From positions 1-28,444 of the forward strand of contig CAZALK010000028.1 of the NCBI GenBank assembly GCA_964486045.1: 28,444 nucleotides of DNA. Direction: 5' to 3'. Shown here piece by piece: positions 17,422 through 26,169 of this stretch. The translations under genes were made by a program, and so were the position numbers. Each line of letters begins with the position of its first letter. Positions within the stretch are counted from its first letter, which is position 1. The notes beneath the pieces are model-generated. The model did not search any database and had not been told where the DNA came from. It worked only from the letters and a program-made list of their open reading frames with translations. Source of the DNA: an uncultured archaeon (GTDB lineage: Archaea > Asgardarchaeota > Lokiarchaeia > Sigyniarchaeales > SOKP01).

Positions 17422-18414
17422 ATATCTGAGGAAAATAATTCAAGTAATAATTACAATTTTCATCAATGGACTGTAAAACAGTTGAAGGAGTTTGCTAAAA
17501 AGAATAGCATCAAACTCCCAACAAAATCAAAGAAAAAAGACATTATTGAATTACTTAAGAAGGTTGTAACACATGATGGATTTGTCAATAAAACTCAAGA
17601 AGTCGAAGAAGAATTAGTAGCTGGTTTTGATGATGATGAAGATTTTGCTTTAATGAGAAAAGAAAAGATGGAATTGAAATTTTGGCAAAAACCACCCTTT
17701 TCAAGCCTATTAGATTCAGAATTAGCTAAAGAGTCTGAAATAGCGTTTTACGACCTATCAAGTTTAGTTGATGAATTTTTTGATAAAATGCTTCATGAAG
17801 ATTTAATCAATTATAAGATATCTGGTATTGCTCTTAAAACTTCAGCTTCATTACATCATTATAAAATATCGAGTATAATACGACAAGAAGAACAAATTCA
17901 AAAAAAAGAAGAACTGGAGCTATTTCGACGACGACATTCACGATCAATCCCAAAAGCCCTACCTCAACCTATACAACCTAAAATGCAAATTGCTACTAAG
18001 GATGAATTATTTGATGCAATGAGATCAGCAATAATTGAAGTTATGCAAAATAAAGAAAAATTAAAAAGAAGAAGAATACGACGTGAAGAATTGAAGGAAC
18101 ACAAAATACAAATGAAATCTAAAGCCCGATTACCAAAAGAACTTCTGAAACATATTAGTGGAAAAGAACAAACAGTTCAGGAATTACATGAATCATGGTA
18201 TAATCGAATAAAGGGCACTATTAACTTAAATAATAAAGAATCTAGCTTCTATGATTTAACCCGCATAATAAAAGATGAAGAAGATAGTGGTATTGGCAGG
18301 AAATTTTCTCTAGTAAGAATGTTTTTAGCATTGATGTTTCTATCTACTGGGAATAAACTGAACTTGGCTCAAGATGAAGATTTCAAAGATATTTCCATAA
18401 ATATTCGACAATAA
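17422..18414 (+). CDS. scpA: Kleisin ScpA with an N-terminal HeH (SAP/Rho-N-like) extension
   Basis: N-kleisin block YDLSSLVDEF...INYKISGIALKTSASLHHYK and C-terminal WHD LVRMFLALMFL..NKLNLAQDEDFKDISI; smc-scpA-scpB order. Start placed at ATA 17422 behind GGTGA; the ORF track gives TTG 17365. Confidence 0.85.
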   Translation: MSEENNSSNNYNFHQWTVKQLKEFAKKNSIKLPTKSKKKDIIELLKKVVTHDGFVNKTQEVEEELVAGFDDDEDFALMRKEKMELKFWQKPPFSSLLDSELAKESEIAFYDLSSLVDEFFDKMLHEDLINYKISGIALKTSASLHHYKISSIIRQEEQIQKKEELELFRRRHSRSIPKALPQPIQPKMQIATKDELFDAMRSAIIEVMQNKEKLKRRRIRREELKEHKIQMKSKARLPKELLKHISGKEQTVQELHESWYNRIKGTINLNNKESSFYDLTRIIKDEEDSGIGRKFSLVRMFLALMFLSTGNKLNLAQDEDFKDISINIRQ

Positions 18415-18422
18415 AAATAATT

Positions 18423-19181
18423 ATGAATGAAAATTTGAATAATTCAAATGACAATTTAGAAGAAGGTTCAGAGGAAGAGTTAAAGGAGGAGTTTGGGAAA
18501 ATCACCGAAGATCTTCCAGACAAAGAAATTGATTTAAATAAGACAATTGAAACTAAAGGGGATTTTACTATTCCTTCGAATGAAAAAACAGAGGAGAGTA
18601 TGAAAATTGGAGATGATGTTAGCGAAAAAGTTGAAGTAGAATCTGTAGATAGACAGATGAGAGAAGTGCACAAAAATTTGGTTGAAGCATCGTTATATGC
18701 TTCAGGTAGGCCTTTAACGATAGAAGAAATATCAAATAAATTAGAATTTCCTAAAAAAGAAGTAGAAGAACTTATCAACGAGGTTGCTTTTGAGTACCTT
18801 GAGCGTTCAACAGCATTGATAATCGCCCAAATAGGAGAAAAATATCAAATGCAGATTAAACCGGAATACACGGAAAAAGTGGCTAAATTTGCTAAAGGGG
18901 GGGCTATAGCAGAGCGATACTTGAGAACCTTAACAATTATCGCTTTAAAACAACCAATTTTAAAATCCACAGTTATTAAATTAAGAGGATCTGGGGCTTA
19001 TGAACACGTTAAATATCTCTTAGATAACGGATTTATAGACGCAATGAAAAAAGGGAGAACTCATGAATTAAGTACTACAGATAAATATGCTGATATGTTT
19101 GGATTACCTAAAGATAAAACTGAGTTGAAGCGTGCTATGGTTAATCAATTAGGAATAAGCGATAACGGAAATCCCAAGTAA
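18423..19181 (+). CDS. scpB: SMC-Scp complex subunit ScpB with acidic N-terminal extension
   Basis: VEASLYASGRPL, YQMQIKPEY, LRTLTIIALKQPI, RGSGAYEHVKYL, TTDKYADMFGL. Confidence 0.93.
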   Translation: MNENLNNSNDNLEEGSEEELKEEFGKITEDLPDKEIDLNKTIETKGDFTIPSNEKTEESMKIGDDVSEKVEVESVDRQMREVHKNLVEASLYASGRPLTIEEISNKLEFPKKEVEELINEVAFEYLERSTALIIAQIGEKYQMQIKPEYTEKVAKFAKGGAIAERYLRTLTIIALKQPILKSTVIKLRGSGAYEHVKYLLDNGFIDAMKKGRTHELSTTDKYADMFGLPKDKTELKRAMVNQLGISDNGNPK

Positions 19182-19221
19182 TCAAGGGAAAGTGAGGAAT
19201 AACTAAGGAAAGTCTTTATCT

Positions 19222-21822
19222 TTATTTATAAATATAAATCGTGATATTTAGATCCTCAATATGTTGTTTTAAATCTGGTTTTTCCATTATTTTGTTCGCC
19301 TCTGATAAATTATGCATATCTAAATTCTCAGTTCGAACAGTTTTTTTAATGTCTTTTTTTAAATTTTCAAGGTTTTTCAATTCATTTTCTTTTGCCAAAA
19401 TAATCAGTTTTGTTATTTCTTGATTTAATGGTATTTGAAGTTTTGATTTAATAGTTCTTAGGATTTTTATAATTTCTATACATAATTTACCGTCTCTTAC
19501 TAGATCTTCAGAAATCTCTTGATAAGGATTAGGCCAACTTTCCAAATGTATCGATTTCAAATTTATGAATTTTTTGTAAATAATGGAATAAATTTCTTCA
19601 GATATAAAAGGCATTGTAATAGCAGAAATTATTAAAATTTTATAAAATAAATTTAACGCAATTTTTAAAGAGGTTTTTCTAATCTGATCGTCATCTGAAT
19701 AGAATTTATACTTTATTGCTTCAATATAGTTATCACATATATCACCCCAAAAAAAAGATCGTAAGCTCAGAATAGCTCCATGCCAATTACAATCATTAAA
19801 ATATTTCATAATTTTTTCTAAATTATTGTTAAATTCAGAGTAATAGAAACAATCTATTGCCGATAAATCCTCATTTTTAATATTTAGATTAGAAATTTCG
19901 ATCTTATTCAAATTTAAAAATAAAAATCTATAAGCATTCCATATTTTAGTAATGAATCTTGAAGTTCCAACTAATTGATCACACCTAATTCTATATTTTT
20001 TATTAAATTTATCTTCTGGAAGATTTGCTATTTCTTCTAAAATAATTGAGTTTGGAATAATTTGTTTAGTTTGAAGGTTTATCCACGCAAATTCAAAAGG
20101 ATAATCATCTCCTAAAGAACCCATTGCTGCCCATAACCTAATAGCATCACTACCATATAATGGCATAATATCATCAGGCGAAATTGAGTTTCCAAGACTT
20201 TTTGACATATGTCGACCATCTGGACCAGCAACCATCCCATTTATCATAGTTTCATAAAAAGGATCTTTTCCAGTCAATTTTTTACAACGGAATAAGGTAT
20301 AAAATAACCAAGTACGAATGATTTCATACCCCTGTGGCCTATGAACTTTAGCATTTAAGTAAGTTCTTTCATAAAAACCTAAATCTTCCTCCCATTTTGC
20401 TATTTCAAGTGGAGATATGCTTGAATCAATCCAACAGTCGCAAACATCTTTCTCTCCAATAATTTTGTTACTTTTGCATTTAGGGCATTCTTTTACAGGT
20501 GGAGTTGTTTTAACAGGATCTAATGGTAGATTTTCTTTTATAGGAGGAATAATTTCTCCACATTCGATACAATACCAAAAAGGAATCGGTGTTCCAAAAA
20601 CTCGTTGTCGTGAAATTACCCAATTCCAATCTAAACCTTTAGCCCAATCTAATAATCTTTGCTTTTGCTTCTCCGGATGCCACTTCATCTTTTCAGCAGA
20701 TTCAATTATATCCTGAGTAAAATCCTTTACGTTAATAAACCACTGATAAACTGGAAGATATTCGATTGGTTTTCTACAAGATGAGCGTTCTGAGTGAATA
20801 ATAATACTGTGCTTGTAATCTTCTATTTTTTCAATTAATCCCAAAGTATCAAGATCTTTTACAATTTGTTTTCGTGCTTCAGGTATAGTTAATCCTTTGT
20901 ATTTAGAATTTTCATTCATATGGCCATCTTCGGTGAATATCTGAATTTCATCAAGATTATACTGTAATTTCCATTTTATGTCCATTTCATCCCCATATGT
21001 ACAAACATACACAATTCCAGTTCCAAAATTCATATCCACATTCTTGTCCATATAAATACGTACTGTTCTATTAGTAATAGGTACCTTAACCTCAATAGCA
21101 GAGAAATCATAATATCTTTCATCATTTGGGTTAATTAAAATAGCAACACATGCCTCCATATATTCTGGACGTGTTGTGGCAATTGAGATGAATTCATTCG
21201 CCCTCCCAACAATGGGTAACTTCAAAAACCATAAATTACCCTCTTCTTCCATATACCCTACTTCTGCTTTTGCTAACGATGTTTCACAATTCATACAATA
21301 ATGTATTGGAAATTTCTCACGATATAACCATCCATTATCAAAGAATTGAAGAAGCGATAACTGAACTTTATACTTATAATCATCATTCATTGTTCGATAT
21401 GTATAGTCCCAATCTGAAGAATATCCCAAATCATCGTATTGTCTCTTCATATTTCTAATATTATTATTAACCCACTCAACACATTTTTCCAGGAATTCAT
21501 CTCGTTGATGTTGAGAGATTCCATATTCCTTTTGTACAGCTAGTTCCACTGGAAGACCGTGACAATCAAATCCTTGTGGGAAATACACATTATCTCCTAT
21601 CATTTTATGATATCTTGCAACAAAATCTATCCAAGAATGATTTAAAATATGTCCCATATGGAGATCTCCACTTACAAAAGGGGGAGGGGTATCTATAGAA
21701 AATATCTCACCTTTTTGATTTATATCAAAAGAGTAAATTTTCTCTTCGCGCCAATATTGCATCCATATTTTTTGGACTTTCTTAAAGTTAAACCGCTTTG
21801 GATATGACATTTCTTTCAACAT
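19222..21822 (-). CDS. valS: Valine-tRNA ligase (archaeal type)
   Basis: IDTPPPFVSGDLHMGH (HIGH), GFDCHGLP, ATTRPE editing domain, WVISRQRVFGTPIP, RPQGYEIIRTW, HMSKSLGN (KMSKS). Confidence 0.94.
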   Translation of the reverse strand: MLKEMSYPKRFNFKKVQKIWMQYWREEKIYSFDINQKGEIFSIDTPPPFVSGDLHMGHILNHSWIDFVARYHKMIGDNVYFPQGFDCHGLPVELAVQKEYGISQHQRDEFLEKCVEWVNNNIRNMKRQYDDLGYSSDWDYTYRTMNDDYKYKVQLSLLQFFDNGWLYREKFPIHYCMNCETSLAKAEVGYMEEEGNLWFLKLPIVGRANEFISIATTRPEYMEACVAILINPNDERYYDFSAIEVKVPITNRTVRIYMDKNVDMNFGTGIVYVCTYGDEMDIKWKLQYNLDEIQIFTEDGHMNENSKYKGLTIPEARKQIVKDLDTLGLIEKIEDYKHSIIIHSERSSCRKPIEYLPVYQWFINVKDFTQDIIESAEKMKWHPEKQKQRLLDWAKGLDWNWVISRQRVFGTPIPFWYCIECGEIIPPIKENLPLDPVKTTPPVKECPKCKSNKIIGEKDVCDCWIDSSISPLEIAKWEEDLGFYERTYLNAKVHRPQGYEIIRTWLFYTLFRCKKLTGKDPFYETMINGMVAGPDGRHMSKSLGNSISPDDIMPLYGSDAIRLWAAMGSLGDDYPFEFAWINLQTKQIIPNSIILEEIANLPEDKFNKKYRIRCDQLVGTSRFITKIWNAYRFLFLNLNKIEISNLNIKNEDLSAIDCFYYSEFNNNLEKIMKYFNDCNWHGAILSLRSFFWGDICDNYIEAIKYKFYSDDDQIRKTSLKIALNLFYKILIISAITMPFISEEIYSIIYKKFINLKSIHLESWPNPYQEISEDLVRDGKLCIEIIKILRTIKSKLQIPLNQEITKLIILAKENELKNLENLKKDIKKTVRTENLDMHNLSEANKIMEKPDLKQHIEDLNITIYIYK

Positions 21823-21945
21823 TTCAAATTCTTTTAAAATGGGCTTTTAGTATAAATATGTATAATATTTGATAAATTTATAAGATCTATTCAAACTTGA
21901 GCTTTTTCCGATTATTTTTCACTACTATGCATTGATACGTAATAA

Positions 21946-22047
21946 TGGACCTGACGGGAATTGAACCCGTGACCTCTTGAATGCGATTCATGTTACTAAG
22001 CGTTCTGCTTAATGATATCAAGCAATCTTCCACTGATCTACAGGCCC
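21946..22047 (-). tRNA. tRNA-Ala(CGC) with a 30-nt intron
   Basis: Acceptor GGGCCTG/CAGGTCC-A with G3:U70 (Ala identity), D arm GATC/GATT, anticodon stem CTTGA/TCAAG, T arm ACGGG-TTCAATT-CCCGT. Removing 30 nt gives the loop TTCGCAT. CCA is not encoded. Confidence 0.93.
21987..22016 (-). other. Non-canonical tRNA intron at position 32/33 with a relaxed bulge-helix-bulge motif
   Basis: Intron ATCATTAAGCAGAACGCTTAGTAACATGAA forms a hairpin. The central 4-bp helix CUUG/CAUG has one U-U mismatch and is flanked by 3-nt bulges AU^A and AA^U. Confidence 0.8.
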
Positions 22048-22172
22048 TTTTTTTTCATGTTAAGCTTAATATTTTAAAAATTAGAATAACTAAAATTCTT
22101 TATGATTATTTAACCCAAAATACCATCAAGATAAGGGAGTTTAAAATTAAACATTTGATGTTAAAGAATAGA

Positions 22173-24551
22173 TTAGAATTCTGTTCTGGCAATTATACTA
22201 TCCTGTGCACTTTTTGACAATTCATTAAAAAGAACGGGGTACCCTGCGATTCTGACAACTAATCCAGGATTCTTTTTAGGATTCTTTTGGGCATCACATA
22301 AAGCTTCTTTCCCCACTACGTTAAATTGAACATGAAAACCTCCATTTTCTTTAAAATAAGACCTAATTAAAGGTAAAAAAAGTTCGAGCTTCAATACATT
22401 CGGATGGAAATCTAGTGTAACAGAATTCCCATTAGTCATCAATTCATTTTCAAGTTTCATGATTGAGTTTAGTATTGCTGTAGGACCATTTTTTTCATTC
22501 CCGATTGTTGGTCCAACTCCATTTGAAAGTGGATCTCTTGATTTTCTACCATCAGCGGAAGCCGCTGTAAAATACCCAAATGCTAAATGAAAGGATGTAG
22601 AATATATTCCAGGATTATAATTTCCCCCGCGATAATTTTTATATTTTAATATCTCTTCACAAAACAATTTTGCAATATCATGAGCAAATGAATCCGTATA
22701 ATCATCATCATTACCAAATTTAGGAACCCTATTAATAAAAATCTGGCGCCATTCTTCACCCTTTTTTTCTCTATAAGTACCTCGATAATTCTTTTTAAGC
22801 ATTTGGACTAATTCTTCATAAGAGAGTAATTTTTCCTCGAAAATTATTTTTTTAATGACGGCTAAACTATCTGCTACTGTAGCTAAGCCAATTAGTTGAG
22901 TTGTAGTAAAATCATAAATCGCTCCTCCATTTGTGATATCACACCCCTTCTCAAGACAATTATCTGTTGTCGCTGATAAAAACGGGTGAGGTGTTAGTTC
23001 TGCTATTGCTCTTTCTAAAGATTTCATAGTATCTACTAAATTACTTATAAAAAATCTGAGCTGATTAGTAAATTCCTCCAAGAGATCCATATAAGAAGTT
23101 ATTTTCTTCGAATTTTCAACCCCGTATTTTTTTTTGGTAAACATATCAGTGCCATTATTAAGAGTTAACTCTAAAATTTTCATAGCATTTAACTGAGTTG
23201 CATTAGTGCATCCAAATGATTTACATGGGTGGACTGGCTCAACACAGCCAATCAGTGCATATTCTCGGGCATCTTCTAAAGAATAACCAAGTTTAATTAG
23301 ACCTGGAATTATAACCAAATCATTAAATAGGGCAATACTAGTTCCCGATTTTATTGCTTCTCCAGTTTTCGTAATTAAATCATCTGGGGTTTGTTCATGA
23401 ATACGTACTGAAAAAGCTGGTTGAACTGTTTTCAGATGATTATAAGATTCAAGAAGAAGATATGATAACTCATTGATTGTATCATTTCCATTTCTATCAA
23501 TTCCCCCAATAGTTAAATTTTGCGAGATTGGTGGACCTTCAGCTGCGACTATACCTTTATTTAAAACATAGTTCCATAAAGTATTGAGTTTCAAATAAAA
23601 ACATTGAATGAGGAATTTTACTTCTTTATCATCAATTTTACCTTCTTGTTTATCTTTAGTATAAAATGGGTAAAGAACCTGATCCAAACGCCCAATACTT
23701 ATAGCAAAACCACCATCTTCCAGTCCAGTTATAACATGTGTGAAAAAGACTAATTGTAAAGCTTCTTTAAAATTTCTTGGAGGGTTTATAGAAATGTTAT
23801 CACAAATAGCTGCTATTTCAAGTAACTCAAGTCTTCGTTTAGAATTTAATTGATTTTTAGCCGTCTCCTTGGCTAAATCTGAAAATCTTTCTATATAGGA
23901 TTTCGCGCCATTTAAAACAATTATTACAGAATTTAAAAAAGTGGTTTTCTCATGATCTAGTGCAAATTCCTTCGCTTTACGTTCTGTAATTTGAATTAAC
24001 CCACCGATTCCTTTTTTTAAGACATTTTCATATCCAGGGAAAAAATGTCCTACTCCATTTGTAAGATGTGTATCTACGATATATAGAAGCATCAATATAA
24101 GCTCTTTTAATTTAGGACTCAGGTATGAATAAAATCTTGATCTAACAGTATCTTCCTCATTTATCCAGTATGGAATAATTTCTTGTTTTAAAATCCGTTT
24201 ATCTTCTTCTGACATTAGGAATTTTTGCACATTTCTGGTAGAATAAAGATCTATATCTTGCTCAATAGTATCAACACGAACCTCCGGATATAACGGTGTT
24301 CCTACAAATTTGGTACACCGGTTTCCTATGATAAATTCATCATCCCAGATTTTTAAAGTCATATTTGCCAATAAATAGTTTATTGCCTTCGCGTAGCGTA
24401 TTATAGGATTCTCCATTTTAGTTTTTTTAAACGAATCTGTAATCAGTCTAGCTCTTTCAACACAAATTTCATGTGGTTGTGAAATAACATTGTTTTTCAT
24501 TCTTTCTATGCGATCGATATTATTTTGAGGGTTAGTTTGTTTTAATTGCAT
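22173..24551 (-). CDS. Glycyl radical enzyme (PFL2 / dehydratase-eliminase type), substrate unknown
   Basis: ERARLIT, SIGRLDQ, QNLTIGG, Cys loop IGCVEP, PKFGNDD, ASADGR, HVQFNVV, Gly loop VRIAGY. Confidence 0.92.
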   Translation of the reverse strand: MQLKQTNPQNNIDRIERMKNNVISQPHEICVERARLITDSFKKTKMENPIIRYAKAINYLLANMTLKIWDDEFIIGNRCTKFVGTPLYPEVRVDTIEQDIDLYSTRNVQKFLMSEEDKRILKQEIIPYWINEEDTVRSRFYSYLSPKLKELILMLLYIVDTHLTNGVGHFFPGYENVLKKGIGGLIQITERKAKEFALDHEKTTFLNSVIIVLNGAKSYIERFSDLAKETAKNQLNSKRRLELLEIAAICDNISINPPRNFKEALQLVFFTHVITGLEDGGFAISIGRLDQVLYPFYTKDKQEGKIDDKEVKFLIQCFYLKLNTLWNYVLNKGIVAAEGPPISQNLTIGGIDRNGNDTINELSYLLLESYNHLKTVQPAFSVRIHEQTPDDLITKTGEAIKSGTSIALFNDLVIIPGLIKLGYSLEDAREYALIGCVEPVHPCKSFGCTNATQLNAMKILELTLNNGTDMFTKKKYGVENSKKITSYMDLLEEFTNQLRFFISNLVDTMKSLERAIAELTPHPFLSATTDNCLEKGCDITNGGAIYDFTTTQLIGLATVADSLAVIKKIIFEEKLLSYEELVQMLKKNYRGTYREKKGEEWRQIFINRVPKFGNDDDYTDSFAHDIAKLFCEEILKYKNYRGGNYNPGIYSTSFHLAFGYFTAASADGRKSRDPLSNGVGPTIGNEKNGPTAILNSIMKLENELMTNGNSVTLDFHPNVLKLELFLPLIRSYFKENGGFHVQFNVVGKEALCDAQKNPKKNPGLVVRIAGYPVLFNELSKSAQDSIIARTEF

Positions 24552-24701
24552 TTTTATCCCTTAGTATTTCTATCCTAATACTTTAATTTTGTTTAAATAA
24601 AATTATGATAATAAGTATTAAAAAAAATTGGGATTTAAACTTATTATTTAGATTCTTAAATTGTTGACTATTTTATATATTTCATTAACTCCGGATTAAT
24701 T

Positions 24702-25000
24702 CTAGGAGAAAATAATAATTTTCCTTTTCTTTGGTCTCTAAATCGTTTAATAGCAATATTCAAGTATTCTGCTCTCGAATCAATTCCATTAAATTTACGA
24801 TTTAGAATACTACATACAATTCCAGTTGTACCAGAACCTACAAAGGGATCTAAAATAAAATCTCCTTCGTTTGATGATGCTAAAATTATTCTGTTTAAAA
24901 GTTCAAGAGGTTTTTGAGTGGGATGTTTACCAAATTTTTTTCACCTTTTGGGATTAACGGAATAACCATACACTCCTCATTTGTTTGTCATTATCATTTT
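24702..25000 (-). pseudogene. C-terminal relic of a beta-class (DpnA-like) N6/N4 DNA methyltransferase
   Basis: Not in the ORF track. Reads NDKQMRSVW / IPLIPKGEK / FGKHPTQKPLELLNRIILASSNEGDFILDPFVGSGTTG...GIDSRAEYLNIAIKR with two single-base frameshifts (~24963, ~24935). The DPPY half is absent. Confidence 0.88.
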
Positions 25001-25017
25001 TCGGTATTTCGGAAAAA

Positions 25018-25260
25018 TTAAAGAAACATTGGGATTTTGAAGATCACAAATTTAAACACGGCAAACTCAGAAAGAAATCCATAGAATATAATTAAAAACA
25101 TGCTAGCTAAAATACATTTAAATGCATCTTTGCGTGGTGTTTTGGAGCTAAAAAGTAATACATACACACTTGTAATTAGGAGAAAAATCCCGATCATAGA
25201 AGAGATTGCCGAAAAAGGTTTTAATGTCTCGAGAGTATCTACTAAATTTAATATTGTCAT
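25018..25260 (-). CDS. Small protein with two predicted transmembrane helices
   Basis: Hydrophobic segments AISSMIGIFLLITSVYVLLF and CILASMFLIIFYGFL separated by a basic loop SSKTPRK. Divergent from the peptidase gene. Confidence 0.65.
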   Translation of the reverse strand: MTILNLVDTLETLKPFSAISSMIGIFLLITSVYVLLFSSKTPRKDAFKCILASMFLIIFYGFLSEFAVFKFVIFKIPMFL

Positions 25261-25394
25261 TTTATTTTTATTGATTTTTTTTTATTATCCTTATTTTTTC
25301 GAGTATTTAAAAGAAAATTTTCGATCAACTTTTTCTTTATATACTTACATTGCATTTTCATTTAACCTTAAAAATTTTAAATAAATGACGTTAA

Positions 25395-26156
25395 ATGTTT
25401 GAAGAATTACCATATATAATCGGATTTATGATATTTTCAGTGATCTTTTCTTATCTAGCTTTTAAATATGTGCCTCCACCATTTTCTGACATTATTAAGG
25501 TTTTAGCAGTGGCAGGAATTGTCATCCATGAATTATGCCACTATCTTATGTGTATAATAACTCGTTCTCCTATAGAAAATGTAACTTTTGTTAAGAAATT
25601 AGATTTTAAGGAAGAAGGAAGGCTTGGATACTATGGAGAAGTAGAGGTTCAAGCACATAGAATTTCATTTTTACAAGCAGTTCTGATAGGGTTAGCTCCG
25701 CTTTATATCTTATTTTGGCTTTTTTTCTTTTTACTTGAAACTCTTCTATATTCCCAAGTAGAACCAGTATTTTTCTTTGTTTTTATTTTTATAATGATTT
25801 CTATTTCACTTTCTGCGGCTCCCTCATTTACGGATTTCTTAATTATTCCCAAAACATTTCTAAATAATTTCAATCATTCAATGTATCAGATTTTATTAAT
25901 TGGATTATCAATTCTATTAACGTTTATAAGTGTTACTGTATTTTATTTACAAGGGTTTCATGAATTCCTTATATATTTAATAGTTACAGGATTTTATTTT
26001 GTGTTTAAGTACGGATTTCATTTCGTTGGTAATTTGTTCTATAAAAATATATATGCTGCAGAAAAGCTATCAAATAGAAATAATTTTAAAAGATATTCAC
26101 GCCGTAGACATAATCCTGAAAAAGAAAGACATTCATATTACAATACAAACAAATAG
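25395..26156 (+). CDS. Multi-pass membrane zinc metalloprotease (M50B-like)
   Basis: GIVIHELCH (HExxH), GYYGEV, IGLAPL, APSFTD (candidate third ligand Asp), about 6 hydrophobic segments and a basic tail. Confidence 0.82.
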   Translation: MFEELPYIIGFMIFSVIFSYLAFKYVPPPFSDIIKVLAVAGIVIHELCHYLMCIITRSPIENVTFVKKLDFKEEGRLGYYGEVEVQAHRISFLQAVLIGLAPLYILFWLFFFLLETLLYSQVEPVFFFVFIFIMISISLSAAPSFTDFLIIPKTFLNNFNHSMYQILLIGLSILLTFISVTVFYLQGFHEFLIYLIVTGFYFVFKYGFHFVGNLFYKNIYAAEKLSNRNNFKRYSRRRHNPEKERHSYYNTNK

Positions 26157-26169
26157 AGGGGAAAATTTG

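Noticed and set aside
21946-21975. tRNA 3' end as an integration (att) site
   Set aside because: No duplicate of the tRNA 3' end and no integrase seen in the window, and valS follows directly.
21981-22217. 78-aa plus-strand ORF
   Set aside because: Antisense to the tRNA and the GRE 3' end, with no protein features.
25999-26169. 57-aa N-terminal extension of the ATPase in the ORF track
   Set aside because: It overlaps the peptidase gene, and a good RBS precedes TTG/ATG at 26167/26170.
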